Part shown: piece after piece, positions 47,105-56,268 of the stretch
Position numbering within the stretch: position 1 is the first letter of the stretch
Layout of the letters: each line of letters opens with the position of its first letter
Assembly (NCBI GenBank): GCA_913043225.1
Contig: CAJWLU010000001.1
Location: 224,001-288,000 of the forward strand
Direction: 5' to 3'
DNA: 64,000 nucleotides
Source: an uncultured Acidobacteriota bacterium
Lineage (GTDB): Bacteria; Acidobacteriota; Vicinamibacteria; Vicinamibacterales; UBA8438
Notes under the pieces: model-generated
What the model was told of the DNA's origin: nothing
Database searches by the model: none
What the model saw: only the letters and a program-made list of their open reading frames with translations
Position numbers and translations under genes: made by a program

Positions 47105-49315
47105 GTGCGGCGGGACACCCCTGTCATCCACCCTCACGTTCTCCCCCTCATTGCCGCTGTCGCGGTGTCGCTGGTCGTCAACGCAGCTCCGCTCTTTGCC
47201 AACGACGACCTGACGGTGCCGTCACCGACCTATCCGGAGGCGGTGGAGGCGATGCGGGCCGGCAACTCGGCCGCGGCGCTCGAACAGCTCGATGCGGCGG
47301 TCAGTGTGGGAACGCCACCACTCGAAGCGCTGGTCCTCCGAGCCACCTTACTCGACCAACTGGGACGGCCAGCGGCCGACGGCGCCTGGAACGCGGTTAT
47401 TGAGCGCGAGGTCTGGATGCGCACCTTCGCCAGACGGGCCCTGGTGGTGGGGCGAACCGACCGAGGAAACCTCTCCGGAGCCCGGTCGCTCCTCGCGGAT
47501 CTGGATCGGGCAGACGCGACGCGCCACATAGACCTCGCGATGGACCTCGCGGGCGCGGCGGCGCGGGGCGGCGATCCCGCGATGGCCGCCGAACTGTATC
47601 GTTCCGTGCTCGGACGACGCAGCCGGGGCGCCACCGCCGACCGCGCCCGTCTGGGTCTCGCCGCGGCTCAAGAGGCCAGCGGCGACGTCGTCGCGGCCTT
47701 GACGACCCTCCGAGAGACCCAGCTCGAACATCGGACCGGCCTGGGCTATACCGACGCCGTCGCGGCGGAGTCGCGGCTGCTGGCGGTGAGCGGACGCGCA
47801 GCGCGTCCGCTCACCGCCGAACAGCACCGAACCCTCGTGCGGCGGCTGCGCGGCTACTCGCGCTACACGGAGGCCGCCGCCCTTATCGAGGCGTGGCGGG
47901 CCGTGGCGCCTGAAGCAGCCGAACGGATCGACGCTGAGCTCGTGGGGGTGCTCTACGACGGCCGCGCCAACGAAGACGCCGTGGCGCTCTGCCTAGCCTT
48001 TACCGATCGGTACCCGTCCAGCGCTCTGCTCCCCGGCGTGCGACTGACCGAGTTCAGGCTGGCGGTGCGCATGGGCGATACCGCAAAGGCCAAACGGCTC
48101 GGTCAGATGCTCTGGCGCGGCGATTTCAGTGGCTCGACGGCGTCCGACCGGTTCGCCGCCGGCGAGCTGCTGGCCGCCTATCTGGTGGCAGTCGGGGAAG
48201 TCGACGAGGCCCTGCGCCTGTATCGGGAGCTCTTCCAGGGCGCGCGGGGCGGCGACGCGCAGCGGCGGATACTGTGGAAGGCAGGCGTGGCGGCATTGCG
48301 CGCGGGCGATGCCAACCGTGCCCTCACGAATCTCCGCGCGCTGAATCGACGAAACCCTACCGGCGACCTGGAGCCGGCCGGCATCTACTGGCAGGCGGTA
48401 GCCGAGCTGACTGCGGGCGAAGAGCAAGGTCCGGCCCACCGCGCACTAAACAGACTCGTCCAGACCCGTCCCCATCATTACTACGGGCTCCAAGCGGCGG
48501 CCCGGCTGAAAGAGCTCGGAGCCGATCTGCCATCGCCGGCTGCCCGCGAATTCCCGACGCTAACGCTCGAGGCTTCCACCCGTGCGCGGGCGGAGTTCAA
48601 AGCCGCAATGACCCTGGCCCGCGCCGGACTGGTCAACGATGCGGCGTGGTATCTCCGGCGGCTACTAGAGGACGAGACGCGCAATCGGGCACTGGCGCTG
48701 CTGGCCACCCGCGCCTCGGCCGAAGGTAGCGCGTGGGAAGCGGTGCCGCGACTCCTGGTGACACACTTCGCCGGCTATCTGCAGCAAGGGGCCGACGCGC
48801 TGCCGGAAGACTTCTACCAGCTGGTCTATCCTCGTCCCTACGACAGCGCCGTGACCCCCGCGGCAGCGGATAGGGATATCGATCCGGGTCTCATGTTCTC
48901 GCTAATGCGACAGGAGTCGCGATTCGACGCTGACGCCCGCTCGTTCGTGGGCGCGCTGGGACTGTTTCAGATCATGCCCTACACCGCCACCGATCTCGGG
49001 CCACGGTCCGGCCTCGACGAGCTCTCGGCGGCCGATCTCGAAGACGAGGAGGTCTTGCTCCGACCAGAGGTCAACGCCAGCATCGCGGCCACGCTCGCCG
49101 GCGACCTCCTGACTATGTTCAGCGGTCAGCTCGCCCCAGTCATCGCCTCCTACAACGCGGGCGAAGAGCGCGTGGCCATCTGGTGGGAGTCGGCGCGGGA
49201 ACTCAGCGAAGATCTGTTCGTCGACACCATTCCCTACAGCGAGACTCGACGGTTCGTCCGGGAAGTGCTGGCCAACGTCGCCGGGTACCAGCGGGTGTAC
49301 GGCACCACCCAATAG
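47105..49315 (+). CDS. Soluble lytic transglycosylase (Slt-like, TPR-like N-terminus)
   Basis: MRQESRF (catalytic Glu), GALGLFQIMP, ASYNAG, IPYSETRRFV. GTG 47105 chosen from the -10 element 6 nt upstream. Confidence 0.88.
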   Translation: MRRDTPVIHPHVLPLIAAVAVSLVVNAAPLFANDDLTVPSPTYPEAVEAMRAGNSAAALEQLDAAVSVGTPPLEALVLRATLLDQLGRPAADGAWNAVIEREVWMRTFARRALVVGRTDRGNLSGARSLLADLDRADATRHIDLAMDLAGAAARGGDPAMAAELYRSVLGRRSRGATADRARLGLAAAQEASGDVVAALTTLRETQLEHRTGLGYTDAVAAESRLLAVSGRAARPLTAEQHRTLVRRLRGYSRYTEAAALIEAWRAVAPEAAERIDAELVGVLYDGRANEDAVALCLAFTDRYPSSALLPGVRLTEFRLAVRMGDTAKAKRLGQMLWRGDFSGSTASDRFAAGELLAAYLVAVGEVDEALRLYRELFQGARGGDAQRRILWKAGVAALRAGDANRALTNLRALNRRNPTGDLEPAGIYWQAVAELTAGEEQGPAHRALNRLVQTRPHHYYGLQAAARLKELGADLPSPAAREFPTLTLEASTRARAEFKAAMTLARAGLVNDAAWYLRRLLEDETRNRALALLATRASAEGSAWEAVPRLLVTHFAGYLQQGADALPEDFYQLVYPRPYDSAVTPAAADRDIDPGLMFSLMRQESRFDADARSFVGALGLFQIMPYTATDLGPRSGLDELSAADLEDEEVLLRPEVNASIAATLAGDLLTMFSGQLAPVIASYNAGEERVAIWWESARELSEDLFVDTIPYSETRRFVREVLANVAGYQRVYGTTQ

Positions 49316-49554
49316 ACAGATCTCCTTCGTCCTAACTCCAGCGTTCTGCGGTACTCGCTACCCTATCTCCATCAGATTTTCGTCGGCGGACAGAGCAGAT
49401 CGACGGCGCCGGAAAGTCGTCCAGTCGCAGTCACGGGCAGCACTGGGCGCGGTGGTAAATATGCGTGATTCAGCACGAAGCTCTTCAAGTGATCGAACCC
49501 AGGGAAGCAACGTGTCGCTGATCGCTACGGGGTGTCCTGGGCGGCTCAATCGGC

Positions 49555-51267
49555 TCAAAACCCGACCGCCGCACTGGTGCGTCGGCGGTCTTCTGCGCCC
49601 TCAAGCATGTCGTTCTTGCCGTCGTGGTAGATCGCCGAGACCGCGCCCTGCACGCGGGTCTCGACCATCTGGTGCCCGCGCGCCCTGAGCAGGGCCAGCG
49701 TGTCTGGCGACAGCCCCCATCGCTCGTAGCGGGTTTCATCCGGCAACCACTGGTGATGCAGACGCGGCGCGTCTACCGCCTCCTGAATGTTCATCCCGAA
49801 ATCGATGACGTTGACCAGCGTCAGCAGCACCGTATTGATGATCGTGCGGCCACCGGGTGAGCCGGTGACCATGAGCAAATTGCCGTCGCGAGCGACGATA
49901 GTAGGGGTCATGCTGGACAGCATCCGCTTGCCCGGCTCCGCCAGATTCGGTCCAGTGCCGATGAGGCCCGTCTCGGTGGTCATCCCTGGAGCAGGATTGA
50001 AGTCGCCCATCTCGTTGTTCAACAGGAAACCGGCGCCGGGCACAGTGATCTTCGAGCCGTACCCCTGCTCGAGGGTGTAGGTCAGCGAGACGGCGTTCCG
50101 CTCGGCATCCACCGTCGACACATGCGTGGTCTCGTCCCCTTCCGTCGGCCATTCGAAACTGGACGGTGATGAGACGGATGCGCGATCGAGGTTGATCGTC
50201 TTTCGGAGTTCCTCTGCGTACTCCTTCGAGATCAGCTGGTCGATCCGCATGTCGGCGTTGAACGCCGGATCTCCCAGATGCTGTGCCCTGTCTGCGTACG
50301 CGCGCCGCATCGCTTCGATCAACAGATGCGTCGTAGCCGCAGAGCCGGCGCCAAGCCTGGCCAGGTCGTAGCCTTCTAGAACATTGAGCATCTCGATGAC
50401 AGCGGTCCCTCCGGAACTGATGGGAGGCATCGAGATGATCTCGTGGCCACGGTAGATGCCTCGGATGGGCGTCCGTCGAATCGCGCGGTAGGCGCCCAAG
50501 TCGACCTGGGTGATGAGCCCGCCATTGGCGGCCATCTCCTGCTCGATCAGCTCGGCCGTCACGCCCTGATAGAAGCCGGCCGGACCCTCCTCGGAGATTC
50601 GGGTCAGTGTGTCAGCCAACTCGCCCTGACGCAGGGTCTCGCCGGTCTGATAGGGCTCTCCGTTATTGGAGAACTGCGCGACCGAGGCCGGGTAGTCGGC
50701 CATCCGGGGCAGCACGCTGGCGAGCGAGCTGGCGAGTGGGTTGGACACCGGAAAACCGTCCCTGGCCAGCGCGATCGCGGGGGCCAGTAGCCGCTCCCAG
50801 GGCAGGACACCATGGTCCGACCAGGCCAGGTACAGTCCAGCCACCGTCCCGGGCACACCGACCGCCAGGTGCGAGTCGTGATGCAACACCCGGTCGTAGG
50901 CGCCACCGTCCATAAACATGGTCGGATAGGCTCGCGAGGGTGCCATCTCACGGAAGTCGTAGGCCACCGGCTCGCCCGTCACGGGCCGATAGACCAGGAA
51001 CCCACCTCCGCCGATGTTTCCGGCAGCCGGATAGGTAACAGCAAGCGCGAACGCGGTGGCCACCGTCGCGTCGATAGCGTTACCTCCCTCGCGCATGACC
51101 TCCGCTCCCACCTCGGAGGCGAGCTGATCCTGAGAAACCACCATCGCCTGCCTGGCGCGAATCGGCTGGCTACTCGCCGTCAACGTGCTCGGCGTCAACA
51201 CGAACAGGACACTAGCCAGCGCCAGAGACAACCGTCGCAACTGGCTCCGACCGAACGGCACCGTCAT
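49555..51267 (-). CDS. ggt: Gamma-glutamyltransferase, canonical type
   Basis: GGNAIDA, AGNIGGGGF, DFREMAP, PPISSGG, nucleophile ETTH, LLNNEMGDF, LSSMTP, GSPGG, HHQWLPD. Confidence 0.93.
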   Translation of the reverse strand: MTVPFGRSQLRRLSLALASVLFVLTPSTLTASSQPIRARQAMVVSQDQLASEVGAEVMREGGNAIDATVATAFALAVTYPAAGNIGGGGFLVYRPVTGEPVAYDFREMAPSRAYPTMFMDGGAYDRVLHHDSHLAVGVPGTVAGLYLAWSDHGVLPWERLLAPAIALARDGFPVSNPLASSLASVLPRMADYPASVAQFSNNGEPYQTGETLRQGELADTLTRISEEGPAGFYQGVTAELIEQEMAANGGLITQVDLGAYRAIRRTPIRGIYRGHEIISMPPISSGGTAVIEMLNVLEGYDLARLGAGSAATTHLLIEAMRRAYADRAQHLGDPAFNADMRIDQLISKEYAEELRKTINLDRASVSSPSSFEWPTEGDETTHVSTVDAERNAVSLTYTLEQGYGSKITVPGAGFLLNNEMGDFNPAPGMTTETGLIGTGPNLAEPGKRMLSSMTPTIVARDGNLLMVTGSPGGRTIINTVLLTLVNVIDFGMNIQEAVDAPRLHHQWLPDETRYERWGLSPDTLALLRARGHQMVETRVQGAVSAIYHDGKNDMLEGAEDRRRTSAAVGF

Positions 51268-51325
51268 CCGTCCATGATGGCTCCCTGGGTCGAGTTAGTG
51301 CAAGCATCGTTGGCCGGCCGGAACT

Positions 51326-51334
51326 TGCTACACT
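51326..51334 (+). promoter_or_regulatory. Candidate extended -10 element
   Basis: TGCTACACT 18 nt upstream of ATG 51353, followed by SD GAGG. Confidence 0.5.
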
Positions 51335-51352
51335 TTCCCGCCAGAGGTTCCC

Positions 51353-53440
51353 ATGTCAGAACGTCGAATCGTCACGCTAGCCGCCGCCACACTGCTCGTC
51401 TCATCACCCGCACTCGCCCAGTCGCGCGGGCTCCTTCCGACTGACTACTACCAAGAGGTTGGGGTCGGAGAGGTCGCCATCTCGCCCGATGGTGCACTCG
51501 TGGCCTTCACCGTCACCACGAACGACGAGGTGGAAAATCGGAGACATCGGGAGATCTGGCTACAGGAGCTGCGAGGCGGCAGACCCGAAGGCGACGCGTT
51601 TCGCTTCACCGACCCGACGCAGGAAGCGAGCGCACCACGCTGGTCTCCGGATAGCCACCTGCTGAGCTTTCAGTCTCGTCGCGGAGACGGCGCCGGTAAT
51701 GGCACCACCTGGTTCGCCCGCGTGACCTTCCCCGGCGGCGAGGCTTACCAGATCGAAGGCGTGCGGGGTGCCCCCGTGTGGTCGCCTGACGGCGCCTGGC
51801 TCGCGTATGTGGCCCGTCCGGAGACCGGAGGCGAGGAACCAGGCGAACGGGAAGGCTGGATCGCGCCAGACGCCGTCACGGACACGCTGGTCGCCGAGCG
51901 CTTCGACGGCCGGGTCATCACCTCGACCCGCTACAAGCGGGATGGCACTCTGAGCTTGCTGCCGCACTACCAAACGCAACCGAAACGCCAGCTATTCGTC
52001 GTCCAGGCTAACGGAGGCGAGCCGGTGCAACGGACCGACCTACCATTCGACGTCGGCGCTCCGGTGTGGTCAGCCAACGGCGAGCACATCTACTTCACGA
52101 GCGACGAGGACGAGGACGACGAGCTCAGGTTCACCCTCACGTCGAACATCTATCTGGTAGGACGAGAGGACGGCGAGCCGGAAACACTGACCTCCAATCC
52201 CGGCAGCGAGACCGCACCGGTAGTCTCGCCCGACGGAACCAAGCTGGCCTTCCTCCAATCCCGAGCCCGGGGAGAACCCACCGACATCCGGGTCGTGAAC
52301 CTAGCGACGGACGGCAGTTTCCGTGGGCTTCCGCGCAATCTGACGTCGGACTGGGAGTACATCCCAGGCCCCCCGAGCTGGACAGCCACCGGCGAGGCGG
52401 TCCGTTTCGTGGCCGGAATCTCCGGCAACAGCCACGTGTACGAGCTCTCGATCACCGGTGACCTCATCCGACAGGTCACCGACGGCGACCGGCAGGTGCG
52501 ATCGCTCAGCGCGACCAGCGATGACCTGGTCATGGCCTATACCGTGACCGATGCGATCTCGCCAGCCGAGGTGTACGTCAACCGGAGCGACGGCACCCTC
52601 CAGCAGCGGATCACGAGCTTCAACGACGGCTGGCTAAACGAGATCGCACTACAGCCGGCAGAGCCACTGACCTGGTCCGTCGAGGACGGCACGGAGATCG
52701 AAGGGTGGGTCGTCCGTCCGGTCGACTACGTCGACGGCGGGTCCTACCCGATGGTGGTGAAGATCCATGGCGGGCCGTACGGCGCCTACGGCAACAGGTT
52801 CTTCCGGACATTCCACGTCCTGTCAAATGCCGGCTTCTTCGTCCTCTACACGAATCCACGTGGCTCGACCGGCTACGGCCACGACTTCATGTACGCGGCG
52901 ACGCCAGGGTGGGGAGAAGTCGACTCGGAGGACATCCTGACTGGCATCGATGCCGCGTTGGCCGCCTATCCGGACATCGACCCCGCTCGGATCGGCGTCT
53001 CAGGCGGCAGCTACGGCGGCTTCATGACGAACTGGTTGACGGCAACCACCGACCGGTTCGCGGCCGCCGTCACCAGCCGATCGATCGCGGACTGGACCAG
53101 CCTGTACGGATCGAGCGACGCGCAGGGCCTGCTGGAGTTCGCCTTCGGAGGCCCACCCTGGGAGCAGCGTGAACTCTACGACCGACTCTCGCCGATCAGG
53201 TATGTCGAGAACGTGACCGCGCCGACACTGATCATCCACAGCGAGAACGACTACCGAACACCGATCGGCGACGGCGAAAAGTGGTTTATGACGCTGAAGC
53301 ACCGGGAGATCCCGACTGAGTTGGTCCGCTATCCCCGATCGAGCCACGGGCTGTCTCGCACCGGAGAACCCTGGCTACTGGTCGACCGGCTTGAGCGGCT
53401 CCGAAGCTGGTTCGTCCACTGGCTCGGTAACGACACCTAG
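51353..53440 (+). CDS. S9 peptidase (acylaminoacyl/dipeptidyl peptidase-like)
   Basis: Propeller repeats WSPDG, IHGGP, NPRGSTGYG, nucleophile GGSYGG, HSENDYR, SHG. Confidence 0.92.
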   Translation: MSERRIVTLAAATLLVSSPALAQSRGLLPTDYYQEVGVGEVAISPDGALVAFTVTTNDEVENRRHREIWLQELRGGRPEGDAFRFTDPTQEASAPRWSPDSHLLSFQSRRGDGAGNGTTWFARVTFPGGEAYQIEGVRGAPVWSPDGAWLAYVARPETGGEEPGEREGWIAPDAVTDTLVAERFDGRVITSTRYKRDGTLSLLPHYQTQPKRQLFVVQANGGEPVQRTDLPFDVGAPVWSANGEHIYFTSDEDEDDELRFTLTSNIYLVGREDGEPETLTSNPGSETAPVVSPDGTKLAFLQSRARGEPTDIRVVNLATDGSFRGLPRNLTSDWEYIPGPPSWTATGEAVRFVAGISGNSHVYELSITGDLIRQVTDGDRQVRSLSATSDDLVMAYTVTDAISPAEVYVNRSDGTLQQRITSFNDGWLNEIALQPAEPLTWSVEDGTEIEGWVVRPVDYVDGGSYPMVVKIHGGPYGAYGNRFFRTFHVLSNAGFFVLYTNPRGSTGYGHDFMYAATPGWGEVDSEDILTGIDAALAAYPDIDPARIGVSGGSYGGFMTNWLTATTDRFAAAVTSRSIADWTSLYGSSDAQGLLEFAFGGPPWEQRELYDRLSPIRYVENVTAPTLIIHSENDYRTPIGDGEKWFMTLKHREIPTELVRYPRSSHGLSRTGEPWLLVDRLERLRSWFVHWLGNDT

Positions 53441-53475
53441 ACCGGTGGACAGGAGTAGCCAGGCGGGCAGAGCAC

Positions 53476-55044
53476 CTACCTTTCTGCGCCAGCGCCGTCC
53501 CTGGCCGGCGGCGCGGTGGCGGACGACATCTCCTGTAGCATCTCGCTGGCGGAAATGCCGGTCCAGCAGTGACCGCGACCGGCGCCATACTCGATCCGGA
53601 CGTCGAGACCCGGACGCGAGGCGAGCCAGCCGTCAAGTAAGTGAACGGCATCCTCCAGGAAGTAGTCGTCCATCTCGCCCACCCAAATGTTCAGCTTTCC
53701 CTTGAGCTGTGGCGCCAGCTGGTCCCAGCCCACCTCGAGCACCCGTCGCAGATCGTAGCGCTCCCACTGGCGCGCCACGGCTCGATCGAGACGACCGGTC
53801 ACCGGATCCCACAGCGGCTGCGGCAGGCCATCCGGGCCGCGCGGCCCGTAGGCGGCGTTCCAGGCCCCCCACTGGCCTCCCGACATCGTCCAGCGGTCGC
53901 CCTCGCCCAGCACATTCTCGAGCCGGAGCTCATGACGCATGGTGAAGCGGATCTCGCCGTCACGCCCCCGGGCGCTCGCCAGGTCATCGCCGCGCGCGTC
54001 GAGATAGGCGCTGTCGTCGGCATAGATGTTCACCAGCTGGAACCCGCGGAAGTCGACGCTGTCCGGGCACGAGGCCCAGGCGCCGCCGAAATAGTCCGGG
54101 TAGAAGATCTGGAGCGCCAGCGAGACCCACCCCCCAGTCGAGCTTCCGTCGAGCACGCGCGATCCAGCACGACCCAGTCCCCGGAACCGCTCCTCGACAT
54201 AGGGAATCAGCTCCTGGGTCACCGCATCGCCATACGGTCCGTTGTTCGCCGAGTTGACCTGATACGGATCCCCGAATGGTCCGGTCCCGTCGAGGTGCAG
54301 CAGGAGCATCTGCGGCGCATCATCAGCCATCCAGGCAGCTCGGAACGGATGGCCGGGACGCATCAGGCGGCGGATGGCCGTGTATCTGGCGCCGTAGCCC
54401 CCGGTTCGCACGCGGACGGGGTACTTCCGATCAGGCTCATCGTCATAGCGAACTGGCAGGATCACGCCTGCTCGCAGGTAGATCGGCCGGCCGTGGAACG
54501 ACGACAGCAGTTCGGAGCGGATCCGGACGTAGCGCAGCAGCCCATCGTCGGCAGGCAGGGTCTCAGGCGGAAGCTCCTGGTCCAAATGCAGGCGGATGAC
54601 AGCACCGGCCTCAGCACCAAGAGTCACGGACACGGGCCGGCTATACTGGGTGCCCGGCGCCGTCGGCGAACGCAGGTCGCGGTTGGTGAGGAGCACCGCT
54701 TGTACGGCATAGGTTCCAGGTTCTAGGTCCTCAAGATCTTCCAGCGGAAACAGTGCTGACGTTCCATCGAGCGTCACCGTCTGCCCCGGCGTAAACCCCC
54801 GCACATCGCGACCAAGGATAGGTGAAGCGCCGGTCCCAGTCCTGCCGATCAACCGCCGCGGCTCCGGGTTACCTGCGGGTGCCAGCACCACCAGCAGCCG
54901 GCCGTCCGACTGCGGCGACATGGACACTTCGAGGGTGACCTCGAAGCGCGGGCCGGCTGGGGATTGGGCCTGGCTCTCGACCGCGAGAGCGAACGCCGCG
55001 AGAGAGGTCGCAGCAAGAAACGAGAGGATCGACGCACGGCACAT
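53476..55044 (-). CDS. Secreted alpha/beta hydrolase (enterochelin esterase-like)
   Basis: VNSANNGPYGDA, ELIP, nucleophile elbow GSSTGG, PDSVDFR, VGEMDDYFL, GRGH; signal peptide from ATG 55044. Confidence 0.8.
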   Translation of the reverse strand: MCRASILSFLAATSLAAFALAVESQAQSPAGPRFEVTLEVSMSPQSDGRLLVVLAPAGNPEPRRLIGRTGTGASPILGRDVRGFTPGQTVTLDGTSALFPLEDLEDLEPGTYAVQAVLLTNRDLRSPTAPGTQYSRPVSVTLGAEAGAVIRLHLDQELPPETLPADDGLLRYVRIRSELLSSFHGRPIYLRAGVILPVRYDDEPDRKYPVRVRTGGYGARYTAIRRLMRPGHPFRAAWMADDAPQMLLLHLDGTGPFGDPYQVNSANNGPYGDAVTQELIPYVEERFRGLGRAGSRVLDGSSTGGWVSLALQIFYPDYFGGAWASCPDSVDFRGFQLVNIYADDSAYLDARGDDLASARGRDGEIRFTMRHELRLENVLGEGDRWTMSGGQWGAWNAAYGPRGPDGLPQPLWDPVTGRLDRAVARQWERYDLRRVLEVGWDQLAPQLKGKLNIWVGEMDDYFLEDAVHLLDGWLASRPGLDVRIEYGAGRGHCWTGISASEMLQEMSSATAPPARDGAGAER

Positions 55045-55213
55045 AGAGCGAGTGTACTGGGCGACGTCGGCGCCGCTTTTTTGCCTTCGGACAAGCGTAC
55101 ACCACCAAAGGCGTTGACCGCCCGCCAGACGACATCGTCGGTACCCTGGCATGGAACGGCGCGGGCTGTTCCCGTAGAATGTGGAGTCGCTCAACTGACC
55201 TGGAGCCTGGTCG

Positions 55214-56218
55214 ATGTCTATTCACGTTACCCGACCCTCAGGCCGTCCCCTCGTGGGCGTCTGCTTCTTGGCCCTGGTGGCGCTCGTTGCCGCCTGTAGC
55301 CCACAAGGGTTGACGAGTCTCACACAGCGACTGTCGGTCGCCACGGGAGGCACCGGCGGCGTCTACTACCCGTACGGTGGCGGCGTTGCCCAGGTCATCA
55401 GCGATCATCTCGAGGGCGTAGAAGCGACCGCCGAGGTAACCGCGGGCACCGTCGACAACCTAAAGTTCATTGCCAACCGCGGCGCCGACCTCGCGTTCGC
55501 GCTGGCAGACACGCTCGACGACGCGGCCGCCGGTCGCAACGCCTTCGCCGAGTTCGGCGAGGTGCCAGCGCGCGCCATCGCCGTTCTCTACGACAACCTC
55601 AACCAGTTGGTGACACTCGAAGGTAAAGAGATCGAAACGGTCGGCGACCTGCGTGAGCGGATCATCTCGACGGGCGCCCCCGGGAGCGGCACTGAAGTCA
55701 CGGCCCTGCGTATTCTGGCGTCCGCCGGGATCGACCCCGACGCCGACATTCGCCGACAAAGCCTCGGTGCAGCCCAGTCAGTTGATGCGCTGAAGGACGA
55801 TAAGATAGACGCCTTCTTCTGGAGCGGCGGCATCCCGACCGGCTCTGTACTGGATCTCGCGTCGACCCCGGGACGCACTGTGAAGCTCGTCACCAACACG
55901 GACGCCATCGACTTCCTCCACGAGAACTATGGCCAGGTCTATCGACCGTCGACCATCTCGAGTCTCACCTATCCCGGCATGAGCGGCGACGTGGAGGCGA
56001 TCGCGGTGGCGAACGTCCTCGTGGCCCACGCGGAGATGACTGACGAGCTGGCTTACCAGATCACGCAGGCGCTGTTCGAGCACCACGACGAGCTGGCCGC
56101 GGTACACCCCGAGGCAGCCAAGCTGTCCATCGACACGGCGGTGACTGGATCGACCGTGCCGTTCCACCCCGGAGCGATCCGCTACTACGAGGAACAAGGC
56201 GCCTGGCCGGGGTCTTGA
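55214..56218 (+). CDS. TAXI-family TRAP solute-binding lipoprotein
   Basis: ATGGTGGVYYPYG, GAPGSGT, KIDAFFWSGGIP, VPFHPGAIRYY; lipobox VAAC. Confidence 0.93.
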   Translation: MSIHVTRPSGRPLVGVCFLALVALVAACSPQGLTSLTQRLSVATGGTGGVYYPYGGGVAQVISDHLEGVEATAEVTAGTVDNLKFIANRGADLAFALADTLDDAAAGRNAFAEFGEVPARAIAVLYDNLNQLVTLEGKEIETVGDLRERIISTGAPGSGTEVTALRILASAGIDPDADIRRQSLGAAQSVDALKDDKIDAFFWSGGIPTGSVLDLASTPGRTVKLVTNTDAIDFLHENYGQVYRPSTISSLTYPGMSGDVEAIAVANVLVAHAEMTDELAYQITQALFEHHDELAAVHPEAAKLSIDTAVTGSTVPFHPGAIRYYEEQGAWPGS

Positions 56219-56268
56219 CTCGGTCCACGGGGGCCTAACGCTTCCCCCAGGCTTCCGGAGCCCACACT

